Assembly (NCBI GenBank): GCA_041615815.1 | Contig: JBFJCP010000005.1 | Span: forward strand, 64,001-128,000 | Length of the DNA: 64,000 nucleotides | Source of the DNA: Gemmatimonadales bacterium | Lineage (GTDB): Bacteria; Gemmatimonadota; Gemmatimonadetes; Gemmatimonadales; GWC2-71-9 | Reading direction: 5' to 3' | Shown here: positions 32,328 to 41,479 of the stretch, one piece after another | Position numbering within the stretch: position 1 is the stretch's first letter | Layout of the letters: every line of letters starts with the position of its first letter | The notes under the pieces: model-generated | What the model saw: the letters and a program-made list of their open reading frames with translations, nothing else | Database searches by the model: none | What the model was told of the DNA's origin: nothing | Program-made: the position numbers and the translations under genes

Positions 32328-33247
32328 GGCGGCGATGGTTGGTGTGGGTGGGCCAGGGTCTGCTCGCTGTCGCCGTCATTGTCTTCGTCACGCTCGCCAT
32401 TTCACGAAACTGGGAACGTTTCCGCACCGTCCGGGTGGAGCTGGTCTGGCGACCGCTGCCCATTCTGGCGGCCGGTGCCGCGGTGCTGCTGTCGTATGCC
32501 GTGTTGATCGAAGCCTGGCGGCGGGTCTTACGAGGATGGCAGGAGCATTTGCGATTCGCCGAGGCGGCCCGAATTTGGTGTCTCTCCAATCTCGGGCGAT
32601 ATCTCCCGGGAAAGGTCTGGAGCATCGCCGGGTTGACGGTGCTGGCCAAACGGGCCGGCGTGGGAGGTTGGCAGGCCGCGGGGGCCGCCGTGTCGATGCA
32701 GGCGCTGGCCATCGGGACAGGCGCGAGCGTCGCTGCTGTCGCAACCCCGGGGACCTTCTCGGCCCCGCAACTGGCCGTGGCCGCGCTCATGACGGTGGGG
32801 ACGTTCGCGCTACTGAGCTCGCGCGCCATAGGGGGGGCGGTTGCGCGCTTGCTTCGTGCGCGGCCCGAGTTCAGGATTCTCCCCTTCAGCACGATCGGGC
32901 TGGCCGGCGGCATCGCCTTGGCGAGCTGGCTGTTGTACGGCCTGGCATTCTGGCTCTTGGCGCACGGCCTCCTGGAAGACCCGGCGCTCTCTCTGTACAC
33001 TGCGATCGGCGTGTTCGCCGCTGGGTACATTGTAGGGTTGCTGGCGCTCTTCGCTCCGGGGGGCGTTGGGGTGCGAGAGATTCTGTTCGTCACCTTGCTC
33101 GCGCCATCCATGGGAAGCGGTCCGGCCTTGGCCGTTACCGTGGCGTCCCGGCTCCTCCTCACGCTCATGGAGGTGGTCGCCGCCTTGGCTGTCGTGACAT
33201 TGCTCCGTCCTGAACCGCGCGAGGAGGACGCCGTCGATGCAGGGTGA
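32324..33247 (+). CDS. Flippase-like membrane protein (lysylphosphatidylglycerol synthase TM family)
   Basis: LGRYLPGKVW and APGGVGVRE motifs; multiple TMs. Confidence 0.8.
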   Translation: MRRRWLVWVGQGLLAVAVIVFVTLAISRNWERFRTVRVELVWRPLPILAAGAAVLLSYAVLIEAWRRVLRGWQEHLRFAEAARIWCLSNLGRYLPGKVWSIAGLTVLAKRAGVGGWQAAGAAVSMQALAIGTGASVAAVATPGTFSAPQLAVAALMTVGTFALLSSRAIGGAVARLLRARPEFRILPFSTIGLAGGIALASWLLYGLAFWLLAHGLLEDPALSLYTAIGVFAAGYIVGLLALFAPGGVGVREILFVTLLAPSMGSGPALAVTVASRLLLTLMEVVAALAVVTLLRPEPREEDAVDAG

Positions 33248-35585
33248 TCGTCACCCATCGCCGTTCGAGCCACGGTGGCCCCTCCTGGCCGCCGTAGCCC
33301 TCCTAACCATCTGGATTGCCATACTGTCCCTGCCGATGTGGAGCGGGGCGTTTCTGGCGGGCCCGTTCAGCGACCAATACGCGACGGGATACGCGTACCG
33401 CCATTGGGCCGCGAATCAATGGCGCCTGTTGGGTCACGTTCCCCTGTGGAATCCGGAGATCTTTGGCGGCATGCCATTCGTCGCGGCGATGCACGGAGAC
33501 ATTTTCTATCCGACGGCCTGGCTCCGTCTGCTGGTACCTACTGCGGTCGCCATGAATATCGGGTTTGTCGTCCACTACGTCCTCGCCGGGGTGTTCGTGT
33601 ATATCCTCGTGCGACTCCTCGGGGGATCGTGGGTCGGGGCGGTGGTGGGTGGCACGGCGTATCAGCTCTCCGGCGTCATCGGCTCGTACGTGCAACCCGG
33701 TCATGACGGAAAGACCTTTGTGACGGCGCTCTTGCCATTGGCATTCGTCGGGTTGGTGCTGGCCTTTCGAAAGAAGCGGCTCGAAGGCCATGGGATCGTG
33801 GCGCTGGCGGTTGGGTTGGGAGTGCTGAGTCCACATCCGCAGATGTTGTACTACATGCTGGTTGCCGCCGGAATCTTTGCGCTCTACCTGGCGTTCGGCG
33901 AATCAGGCGGCACCACGCGCACCAGGGTCACGAATCTGGCCCTCGCCGTTGGGGCCGTCGCGGTGGGTATGGGGATAGGGATGATTCAGATATTCCCGTT
34001 CTTCCATTACATCCCGTTCTCACCGCGCGCGGAGAGCTATTATGGCTTCGAGGGTGCCACGTCATTCGCCATACCATGGGCCCATGTGCCGGAGTTCTTC
34101 TTCGCCGGTTTCGTGGGATCGCGCGAGGGGTATTGGGGCCCCAACCCCCTCAAACTCCACTCCGAGTACCTAGGCTTGCCAGTCGTGGCGCTGGCCGTGC
34201 TGGGTGCGCTTGCGAAGCCGCGGCGCCGCCTTGCTATGTGGCTCGGAGCGATTGGCGCGTTATTCCTGCTTGTGGCGTTGGGAGCCGGTACGCCGTTCTA
34301 TCGGCTTTGGTGGAGCGTCATGCCCTTCATGAAGCAGGTGCGCGCGCCGGGGATGGCCTTGTACTTGGTGGCGTTCGTCGTCGCCGTGTTCGCAGCGTTT
34401 GGGGTGGAGCGTCTCGAGCGTGGGGAGGCGGGGCGTCATCCCAAGGTGTGGCTCGGTGTGGCGGGAGCGGTGGCGTTGCTGGCGTTGGCGGGTGTGTTGG
34501 GTGCGCTGGCCGAAACGCTGGCCCAAGGGATCGAGATGGCATCGGGGCGCCCGGCCGTCTCAGCGGCGGCGGCCGGGCGGGTGACCATCCGCAATGGCGC
34601 GCTAATGGGGGCGGTGACTCTCGGCATCCTCGCCGGCGCCCACTGGCTGTGGCAGAGACGAACGCTTCCAGTTGCGGCGTTCGGTCTCGTCGTGGTGGTG
34701 GCCGTTGGGGGAGATCTGTGGTGGAATGCCCGGAGCTTCTGGACCTACAGCCGCGCTCCGGAAACACTCTTTTCGATCGACCCCATTACCGAGCAGTTGA
34801 CGGCGGCGCCAGAGCCGTACCGAGTGCTCGATCTCGGTGTCTACCCCGGCGCCTCGCTCATGGCGCGCGGAATCGCGCAGCTGTTGGGCCACCACGGCAA
34901 CGAACTGCATCGATTCGACGAGCTCATGGGAGGGAAGAACCAGTGGAGAAACGCCGGTCGGCGAGTCCTGTGGGACCTCTACGGCATCGAGTATCTGATC
35001 GTCCCGTCGGACCTCTCAGGCGCGGACTCGATTCCAGGGTACAGCCGCGTGCTCGACGACGTGGAGACATCTGCCAATCAGCGCGCATCCCTCTTCCAGC
35101 GCAGCACTCCCGCGCGGTATGCCCGCGCCGTCCCCGCAGCGCTGCAAGTCCCGGATGACCAGGCGATTCCCACGGTCCTGGATCCTCGGTTCGATCCAGA
35201 TCGAGTGCTCATCCTCGACCCGGCGGCCGCCCATGCGCCGCGGCCCATTACCGTCATGCCGGAGCCCCTCGACATGGCGGTGTCGTTCGAGAGCTGGGAG
35301 CCTGGCGGCATGGTCATGCGAGTGGAGCCGGTACCGGAGCGAGACGTGTATCTCATGGTGGGTGAGAATTGGTACCCGGACTGGCAAGCCGAGGTGGATG
35401 GCCGGCCAGCGGAGGTTCTGCGGGGGAACTACAGCTTGATTGCCGTTCCCCTCGCTGCCGGGTCCGAGCGTGTGGTCCTGCGGTTCGATAGTGCGGAATA
35501 CCGGGCTGGGAAGATCATCACACTGCTCTCGGCCCTCATTGCCGCCTTTGGATTGATCGTTCCGCCGGTGCTGCGACGGAGGTAG
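33237..35585 (+). CDS. YfhO-like GT-C integral membrane glycosyltransferase
   Basis: PLWNP..FGG.P, FYP, many TMs, C-terminal ENWYPDWQAEVDG...GNY...V.LRF. Confidence 0.82.
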   Translation: MQGDRHPSPFEPRWPLLAAVALLTIWIAILSLPMWSGAFLAGPFSDQYATGYAYRHWAANQWRLLGHVPLWNPEIFGGMPFVAAMHGDIFYPTAWLRLLVPTAVAMNIGFVVHYVLAGVFVYILVRLLGGSWVGAVVGGTAYQLSGVIGSYVQPGHDGKTFVTALLPLAFVGLVLAFRKKRLEGHGIVALAVGLGVLSPHPQMLYYMLVAAGIFALYLAFGESGGTTRTRVTNLALAVGAVAVGMGIGMIQIFPFFHYIPFSPRAESYYGFEGATSFAIPWAHVPEFFFAGFVGSREGYWGPNPLKLHSEYLGLPVVALAVLGALAKPRRRLAMWLGAIGALFLLVALGAGTPFYRLWWSVMPFMKQVRAPGMALYLVAFVVAVFAAFGVERLERGEAGRHPKVWLGVAGAVALLALAGVLGALAETLAQGIEMASGRPAVSAAAAGRVTIRNGALMGAVTLGILAGAHWLWQRRTLPVAAFGLVVVVAVGGDLWWNARSFWTYSRAPETLFSIDPITEQLTAAPEPYRVLDLGVYPGASLMARGIAQLLGHHGNELHRFDELMGGKNQWRNAGRRVLWDLYGIEYLIVPSDLSGADSIPGYSRVLDDVETSANQRASLFQRSTPARYARAVPAALQVPDDQAIPTVLDPRFDPDRVLILDPAAAHAPRPITVMPEPLDMAVSFESWEPGGMVMRVEPVPERDVYLMVGENWYPDWQAEVDGRPAEVLRGNYSLIAVPLAAGSERVVLRFDSAEYRAGKIITLLSALIAAFGLIVPPVLRRR

Positions 35586-35586
35586 G

Positions 35587-36309
35587 GTGGCCGAGCGCAG
35601 CCTGGTGATCATTCCGACTTATAACGAGGCGACCAACCTTTCCCAGCTCGTGCCGTTGGTTCTTGCGCAGAACGAGTGTCTCGAGATCCTCGTGGTGGAC
35701 GACAACTCGCCGGACGGGACCGGAGAAATCGCCGACGCTCTGGCGAGCGACAACTCGCGGGTACACGTGCTGCACCGGGAAGGAAAGCTGGGGTTGGGCA
35801 CTGCGTACGTGGCGGGATTCCGCTGGGCCCTCGAACGGGATTATGCGTACGTGTTCGAAATGGATGCGGACTTCTCTCACGATCCCAAGCACCTGCCACA
35901 ATTCCTCGCTGCGGTAGCGGACGCCGATCTCGTGCTCGGCTCTCGGTACCTCCAAGGACGGGTCACGGTCGTGAACTGGCCCATGACGCGGCTACTGCTG
36001 AGTTATTTTGCGAACATCTATGCCCGGTTGGTGACCGGGTTGAAGGTTTACGACGCGACGGGAGGTTTCAAGTGCTTCCGTCGTAAGGTGCTCGAGGCGA
36101 TCGATCTGGACTCGGTGAGGTCCAACGGATACGCGTTCCAAATCGAAATGAGCTTTCGCACCTGGCGACGTGGGTTCCGGATTCGCGAGATTCCGATCGT
36201 CTTCGTCGATCGCACGGATGGGGCGAGCAAGATGTCCGGTTCGATCGTGCGGGAAGCCGTGTGGATGGTATGGCGCCTCCGCCTGCAGGCGCTCTTCGGG
36301 AAACTCTGA
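35587..36309 (+). CDS. Polyprenol monophosphomannose synthase (Ppm1/DPM1-like GT2)
   Basis: IPTYNE, VDDNSPDGT, GKLGLGTAY, EMDADFSH, GYAFQIE. Confidence 0.9.
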   Translation: MAERSLVIIPTYNEATNLSQLVPLVLAQNECLEILVVDDNSPDGTGEIADALASDNSRVHVLHREGKLGLGTAYVAGFRWALERDYAYVFEMDADFSHDPKHLPQFLAAVADADLVLGSRYLQGRVTVVNWPMTRLLLSYFANIYARLVTGLKVYDATGGFKCFRRKVLEAIDLDSVRSNGYAFQIEMSFRTWRRGFRIREIPIVFVDRTDGASKMSGSIVREAVWMVWRLRLQALFGKL

Positions 36310-37136
36310 TGCGCAACGGATTGATCCTCTACAAGATGTCCGGGTCGGGGAACGACTTCGTGTTTGCCGACGGACGGTTGCTGCCCGTCTCCGCATGGTC
36401 GCCGGAAGAAATCCGCCGTTTGTGTGCTCGGGGGACAGGAATCGGGGCGGATGGGTTCGTCGTGCTCGAGAAGGGGCGGGCCAAGGACGCAGTGCACTTT
36501 CACTATTTCAACAGCGATGGGATTCGCGCTGCCCTGTGCGGCAACGCGGCGCTGTGCGCGACCAGACTCGCCTCCTGGCTGGGCCTGGCGCCCGCTGAGG
36601 GAATGCGGTTGGAGACCGATTCCGGGACCCTGCGGACCAGGTGTCTTCCCGGCGAAGGAGAGCGAGCCGAGATCGACGTCCCGGTGCCAAGTGGGATGGG
36701 GAGCCCGGAGATCGCGCTCGCCGCCGGGGAGCAGAGCCTCCATTTCACGACGGTCGGCGTTCCCCATCTGGTGGTGCTGGTCAAGAACCTCGAATCGGTG
36801 CCCGTGCGCCAGCGGGGCAGGGAATTGCGCGAACATCCTGTGGTGCAGCCCGAGGGCGCCAATGCCAACTTCCTCGCTTGTGACGGTCCCAACTGGTCCA
36901 TGCGGACGTACGAGCGAGGAGTGGAGGATGAGACGCTCGCCTGCGGCACAGGCGCGGTTGCCTCGGCAGCGGTCCTGGCCGCCACGGGGGTCGTGGGTCT
37001 GCCCTGGAGCGTCCGGACCCGATCAGGGTCCATTCTGACCGTCTCTGGCACGCTCGACCAGAATGGGGGTGGAATTTTGGAGCCGAAGCTCGCGGGCGAG
37101 GGCCGCCTGGTTTTTCGAGCTGTCCTGGGCGTCTGA
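36309..37136 (+). CDS. dapF: Diaminopimelate epimerase
   Basis: GSGNDF, GIGADG, CGNA, GVPH, ERGVEDETLACGTG. Confidence 0.95.
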   Translation: MRNGLILYKMSGSGNDFVFADGRLLPVSAWSPEEIRRLCARGTGIGADGFVVLEKGRAKDAVHFHYFNSDGIRAALCGNAALCATRLASWLGLAPAEGMRLETDSGTLRTRCLPGEGERAEIDVPVPSGMGSPEIALAAGEQSLHFTTVGVPHLVVLVKNLESVPVRQRGRELREHPVVQPEGANANFLACDGPNWSMRTYERGVEDETLACGTGAVASAAVLAATGVVGLPWSVRTRSGSILTVSGTLDQNGGGILEPKLAGEGRLVFRAVLGV

Positions 37137-37282
37137 GATCGGGCGTGTTTCCCTGTGCGACCTCACGCCCTTCCCAACGCGGCAAATCGCGTGTGCCGAA
37201 CACCTCCCGAACCACCAAATGCCTTGTCAGGGCGTGCATTACGAAAGTGGATCTGGAGTATTCAACACTCATCCACACTTAA

Positions 37283-37310
37283 ACTTAACATAACATATCT
37301 TATACGTAGT
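37283..37310 (-). other. Chromosomal dif site (XerCD recombination site)
   Basis: Minus strand ACTACGTATAA-GATATG-TTATGTTAAGT vs E. coli dif GGTGCGCATAA-TGTATA-TTATGTTAAAT (XerD arm 10/11, XerC arm 7/11); intergenic, at the gene-orientation switch. Confidence 0.9.
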
Positions 37311-37367
37311 TTCTGACCACGAACACTGTAACCGGTTGCGAATACGATTGATAAGCCTTGTCTGGGG

Positions 37368-38027
37368 CTAGGTGCCGACCCTGGGCTCCGTAGGACGTAA
37401 TTCAGCCAGACGGACCTGGGCTTCGGTGGCGGCCGGGGATTCGGGGTGGTCCTGAATGAGACGTTCGTACGCGCTGGCGGCTCGCACGGTGTCGCCAGAC
37501 GCCGCGAAGGTGCGCCCGGCGTCCGTGAGGTATTGGGCGGCCAGAAAGTCATACCAAGAAGCATCAGCCGCACGCAGATACTCCTCAGCGGCCTCGCGCA
37601 TCTCTCCGAGTTCTTCGAGCGCGCCTCCAAGGAGGCCGTGGGCCGCCGCTTCGAACTGCTCTGCGATCCCGCGCTCGAGGGCGGTGCGAAGCCCGTCGGC
37701 GGCTCCCTGGGGATCGCCTTGCGAGAGCCGAACCTGTGCGAGGAGTATCGTGGCTTCGTTGCCCGCCTTGGTCTTGCCGTACGATTGGATGAGTCGGGAC
37801 AGGTCGCTCGCGGCCAACGGCAGGTTGTCAGCTTGCACCGCGGCGCGCGCACTCATCAGTGACTGGGTTGCAAATGCCTCTCGTCGTTGCTTAGCCGAGA
37901 TCGCAAACCACACCCCGCCTGCGCCCAAGAGAACCACGGCGAGGGCCCCGATCAGGCCGCGGCGATTTGTCTTGACCCATTCCATGGCACGGGTTGCGGG
38001 GTCATGGGAGTGCGATTGAGTATTCAC
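37368..38027 (-). CDS. Membrane-anchored TPR protein (YfgM-like)
   Basis: Single N-terminal TM then TPR-like helices; start 38027 (GTG) or 37985. Confidence 0.72.
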   Translation of the reverse strand: MNTQSHSHDPATRAMEWVKTNRRGLIGALAVVLLGAGGVWFAISAKQRREAFATQSLMSARAAVQADNLPLAASDLSRLIQSYGKTKAGNEATILLAQVRLSQGDPQGAADGLRTALERGIAEQFEAAAHGLLGGALEELGEMREAAEEYLRAADASWYDFLAAQYLTDAGRTFAASGDTVRAASAYERLIQDHPESPAATEAQVRLAELRPTEPRVGT

Positions 38028-38097
38028 CTGCGGCGTCCATCTGTAAGTGATTGTCGTACTTAAACCTACACTACCTCGGCGGCAGGGCTGGCATGCA

Positions 38098-38171
38098 TGC
38101 CCCTGGGGTGACTCGAACACCCGACCAACGGTTTAGGAAACCGCTGCTCTATCCATCTGAGCTACAGGGGC
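38098..38171 (-). tRNA. tRNA-Arg (anticodon CCU), CCA not encoded
   Basis: GCCCCTG...TAGCTCAGATGGATAGAGC, anticodon loop TTCCTAA, TTCGAGT T-loop, CAGGGGCA. Confidence 0.95.
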
Positions 38172-38186
38172 TCGAGTGGCCGGAAA

Positions 38187-38215
38187 AAGGTAACCGAATG
38201 CACGGGCTTCTCCAA
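38187..38215 (-). promoter_or_regulatory. Putative sigma70 promoter of tRNA-Arg
   Basis: TTGGAG-N17-TACCTT on minus strand. Confidence 0.45.
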
Positions 38216-38225
38216 CGGCCCTGCA

Positions 38226-38771
38226 TCATACCTGACGCGGATACCGCATCACGGTCCACACATCCGCATCCTCCGGCAACCGGTCTCGTCCGTTCAACTC
38301 TGCGAGTTCGATCAATACAGTCACGCCAAGGAGCTGGGCTCCTGCCTCCTCGACAGCCCGGGCTGCGGCGTGGACGGTCCCACCGGTCGCGATCAAGTCG
38401 TCCACGATCAGCACACGATCACCCTTCCCCATGGCGTCCAGATGGACTTCGATGGCGTCCGTCCCGTACTCGAGGGCGTACTCCATTCGGCGGGTTCTCC
38501 AGGGGAGCTTGCCTACTTTCCGCGCGGGCACGAGGCCCGAACCGAGGGCCAGGGCGATCGGAGCGCCCAAAATGAATCCCCGCGACTCGATGGCGACCAC
38601 CTTGTCGACCTTCTTGCCATCCAGCGGTGCGACCATGTGCTTGACGGCGGCGTCCAGTAGGTCCGGTCGCAGCAAGAGCGGGGTGATATCCCGAAACAGG
38701 ATTCCGGGAGACGGAAAATCCGGCACGTCCCGGATGGCAGCGTAAAGGTCATCAATCGTGATAGATGACAC
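38226..38771 (-). CDS. apt: Adenine phosphoribosyltransferase
   Basis: PDFPSPGILFRDIT, ESRGF, YALEYG, VDDLIATGGT; AAGGAGGT RBS. Confidence 0.97.
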   Translation of the reverse strand: MSSITIDDLYAAIRDVPDFPSPGILFRDITPLLLRPDLLDAAVKHMVAPLDGKKVDKVVAIESRGFILGAPIALALGSGLVPARKVGKLPWRTRRMEYALEYGTDAIEVHLDAMGKGDRVLIVDDLIATGGTVHAAARAVEEAGAQLLGVTVLIELAELNGRDRLPEDADVWTVMRYPRQV

Positions 38772-38788
38772 GAGGTATACCTCCTTAA

Positions 38789-39064
38789 TTACTTTACTTC
38801 AAACGACTTAGCTTCGATGGTCTCATGTGGAAAACGATGTCGCTCGACCCGGTCCACCCGGGCAAACGTCGGCCCTTCGCGGATCGCCGCTTCAAGCGCA
38901 TTCAGGCTTTCGGGCGGTCCTTGGGCCACCACTTCGACGTCCCCGCAGGGGAGGTTCTCCACCCACCCCACGAGCCGCAGCGCCTGAGCCCGCTTCAGCG
39001 TGTACCAGCGGAACCCCACCCCCTGTACCCTGCCCTGGACCTTCCACCGCACGACGCTGGTCAT
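38789..39064 (-). CDS. acyP: Acylphosphatase
   Basis: GRVQGVGFR, GWVEN. Confidence 0.92.
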   Translation of the reverse strand: MTSVVRWKVQGRVQGVGFRWYTLKRAQALRLVGWVENLPCGDVEVVAQGPPESLNALEAAIREGPTFARVDRVERHRFPHETIEAKSFEVK

Positions 39065-39714
39065 ACGTCGGTGACCGCCTTCCCGCGCCTCCGGTACCAG
39101 TACACGTAGGCGGCCACGATGGCAGCCAAGATCGGCAGGAGTACGAGCAGAGCCATCGTGCCATAGCGACGCACCTCCGGACTCCACAGGATCGCATCGA
39201 TATCGGTGATGACATCGGCATGGCGTCCCACGTACCAACCGATGTACGTCAGGATGATGCACCAGATGCCGGCCCCAGCCGCGGTATAAATGACAAATCG
39301 ATCCAAGCGCATTCGGGCGAACCCGGCGGGCACCGATATGAGCTGGCGTACCAGTGGCAACAGCCGGGCCACGAACGTGCTGATCTCGCCATGGTGGCGA
39401 AAAAACTCTTCCGCGCGCTTAAGGGCGGATTCGCGCACCAAGACGTAGCGGCCGTAGCGATACAGGAATGGTCTTCCCAGCTTGGCCGCGAGATAGTAGT
39501 TGAACAGCGCCCCCAGGATGCTCCCAGTGAGGCCGGCAAGAGCCGCGAGGGGAGCGCTCATGCGTCCCTGCGCGGCCAGGAATCCCGCCGGTGGCAGGAC
39601 GACTTCACTTGGGAACGGCACAAAAGACGATTCGAGAGCCATGAGCAGCGTGATTCCGGGATAGCCGAGCCGCAGGATGGTCTCGGCGAGCCACGTGACG
39701 ACGGTCTCTAACAT
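39061..39714 (-). CDS. DedA family membrane protein
   Basis: LESSFVPFPSEVVL, RLLPLVRQLISVPAG. Confidence 0.9.
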   Translation of the reverse strand: MLETVVTWLAETILRLGYPGITLLMALESSFVPFPSEVVLPPAGFLAAQGRMSAPLAALAGLTGSILGALFNYYLAAKLGRPFLYRYGRYVLVRESALKRAEEFFRHHGEISTFVARLLPLVRQLISVPAGFARMRLDRFVIYTAAGAGIWCIILTYIGWYVGRHADVITDIDAILWSPEVRRYGTMALLVLLPILAAIVAAYVYWYRRRGKAVTDV

Positions 39715-39717
39715 CGG

Positions 39718-40383
39718 TCAACGATCCTGACGGCGGAAACCGTGGCGACCGACGAGAGGAACGAACAGGGCATCCCCCAGTGACTCCTCTGTGAATCGTG
39801 GGCCCTGCTTCGTGATCCGCACGAGTTCCTGGCCACGCTCGCGCTGCACGGGAATGAGTAGCCGTCCGCCTTCCGCGAGCTGCTCCAGGAGGGGCTGTGG
39901 GGCTTCGGGACTGGCGGCCGCGACCAAGATCGCGTCAAAGGGCGAGAGGGATCGCCAGCCCAAGCTCCCGTCGCCCACCACGACCGTGACCGTGACGGCC
40001 GCTTGCTGGAGGGCTGCTCGCGCACTGGCGGCAAGATCCGGCAGACGCTCAACCGACACGACGCTGCTCGCGAGCTGGGCCAGCAAGGCTGTTTGATAGC
40101 CGGAACCAGTCCCGACTTCCAGCACCCGCTCCTGGCCCTGCAGCGCCAACGCTTGTAAGTACCGGGCCTGAGTCGTCGGCTGAGAGATCGTTTGACCGTG
40201 GCCGATGGGGAGCGCCACGTCTTCATAGGCGCGATGCCGCAGGGCCTCTGGCACGAACAGGTGACGCGGCACGATCCCGAACGCACGCAACACGGCGAGG
40301 TCGCGAATGCCATTGGCGCGGAGCTCTTCGATGAGGCGAGCTCGGTACCCGCCGTACGAGTCTCTTACGTACCCAGCTCCCAT
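39718..40383 (-). CDS. pcm: Protein-L-isoaspartate O-methyltransferase
   Basis: VPRHLFVP, GQTISQP, LEVGTGSGYQ, FVPL; start approximate. Confidence 0.95.
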   Translation of the reverse strand: MGAGYVRDSYGGYRARLIEELRANGIRDLAVLRAFGIVPRHLFVPEALRHRAYEDVALPIGHGQTISQPTTQARYLQALALQGQERVLEVGTGSGYQTALLAQLASSVVSVERLPDLAASARAALQQAAVTVTVVVGDGSLGWRSLSPFDAILVAAASPEAPQPLLEQLAEGGRLLIPVQRERGQELVRITKQGPRFTEESLGDALFVPLVGRHGFRRQDR

Positions 40384-41114
40384 GCGCGGACGTCTTCGAG
40401 AAGGTTGTAGTTGGTCAGATCGACGTGCAACGGCGTGACGGAAATGTAGCCGTCGTGGATGGCCCGGAAATCGGAGTCCTCGCCGCCGGACCACGAGATC
40501 TGCCCGCCACCGATCCAGTAGACCCGTCGTCCCCACGGGTCTTTGGTCTGAACCAGCGACTCGGAGTACACCCGTTTGCCCAGCGTGGTTACGCGGATCC
40601 CTTTGATTTGCGTTCCCGGGATGGGTGGCAGATTGATGTTGAGTAGCGTCTCCTTGGGGAAATCGCGAACCGTCACGATGTTGGCCGCGAGCTTGTCGAG
40701 CCACGGGCGCTGGGTCTGCAACACCTCCACGTCGAAACCCGCTAGCGAGATGGCGACCCCCGGGATGCCCAATGACAGGCCCTCCATTGCCGCCGCCACC
40801 GTACCCGAATAGAGGACGTCCTCGCCCATGTTCGGGCCGTGATTGATGCCGGAGAACACAAAGTCGGGCTTGTCATCCAGGAGGGCGCCGAGGGCGAGCA
40901 GTACGCAGTCAGTGGGGGTACCGTCGACCTGGAGGGACGCATCCGGTAAGCGGGACACCCGCAGGGGTCGGTGCAGCGTGAGCGAATGGCTCGCCCCACT
41001 CTGCTCGCGGTCTGGGGCCACGACCGTGACCTGTCCGAGTCCGAGACAGACGTCGGTGAGCACACTCAGTCCATGGGCGCGCACGCCGTCGTCGTTGCTG
41101 ATCAAGATGTTCAA
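40365..41114 (-). CDS. surE: 5'/3'-nucleotidase SurE
   Basis: ILISNDDG, QSGASHS, GTPTDCV, SGINHGPN, YSGTV; TTG start overlapping the merR-type stop. Confidence 0.96.
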   Translation of the reverse strand: MNILISNDDGVRAHGLSVLTDVCLGLGQVTVVAPDREQSGASHSLTLHRPLRVSRLPDASLQVDGTPTDCVLLALGALLDDKPDFVFSGINHGPNMGEDVLYSGTVAAAMEGLSLGIPGVAISLAGFDVEVLQTQRPWLDKLAANIVTVRDFPKETLLNINLPPIPGTQIKGIRVTTLGKRVYSESLVQTKDPWGRRVYWIGGGQISWSGGEDSDFRAIHDGYISVTPLHVDLTNYNLLEDVRAWELGT

Positions 41115-41479
41115 GGAGTGGGTTTCCCGTCGAGTATCGCCAGGATATCTCGGAGTTCGGTTGCCAGGTTCTCGATCGTTTCGTGCTGCAAGGCGACGCG
41201 CGCTTCGGTTTTGAGGCCCCCGGTGCGCCGGTAGTGCTCGATGCGGCGTCGGGCACCTTCGATGGTGTACTTCTCCGTGTACAGCAAGTGCTTGACGAGC
41301 ATGATAAGCTCGATCTCGCGACGTTGGTAGACACGATTGCCAGAGCGGTTCTTCGCAGGATTCAAGAAGCGGAACTGGCTCTCCCAATAGCGAAGGACAT
41401 GCGGTTTCAAATCGGTGAGCTGACAAACGTCACCGATCGAGAAGAACTCTTGAACGGGTCGTGGCACCGTCACCGCCAC
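41111..41479 (-). CDS. MerR-family HTH regulator
   Basis: FSIGDV, HVLRYWESQF, GNRVY, YTIEGA. Confidence 0.9.
   Translation of the reverse strand: MAVTVPRPVQEFFSIGDVCQLTDLKPHVLRYWESQFRFLNPAKNRSGNRVYQRREIELIMLVKHLLYTEKYTIEGARRRIEHYRRTGGLKTEARVALQHETIENLATELRDILAILDGKPTP

Noticed and set aside
37245..37280. DnaA-box-like words (TCATCCACA, TATTCAACA) suggesting oriC
   Set aside because: Only imperfect matches; genes converge rather than diverge here and dif is adjacent
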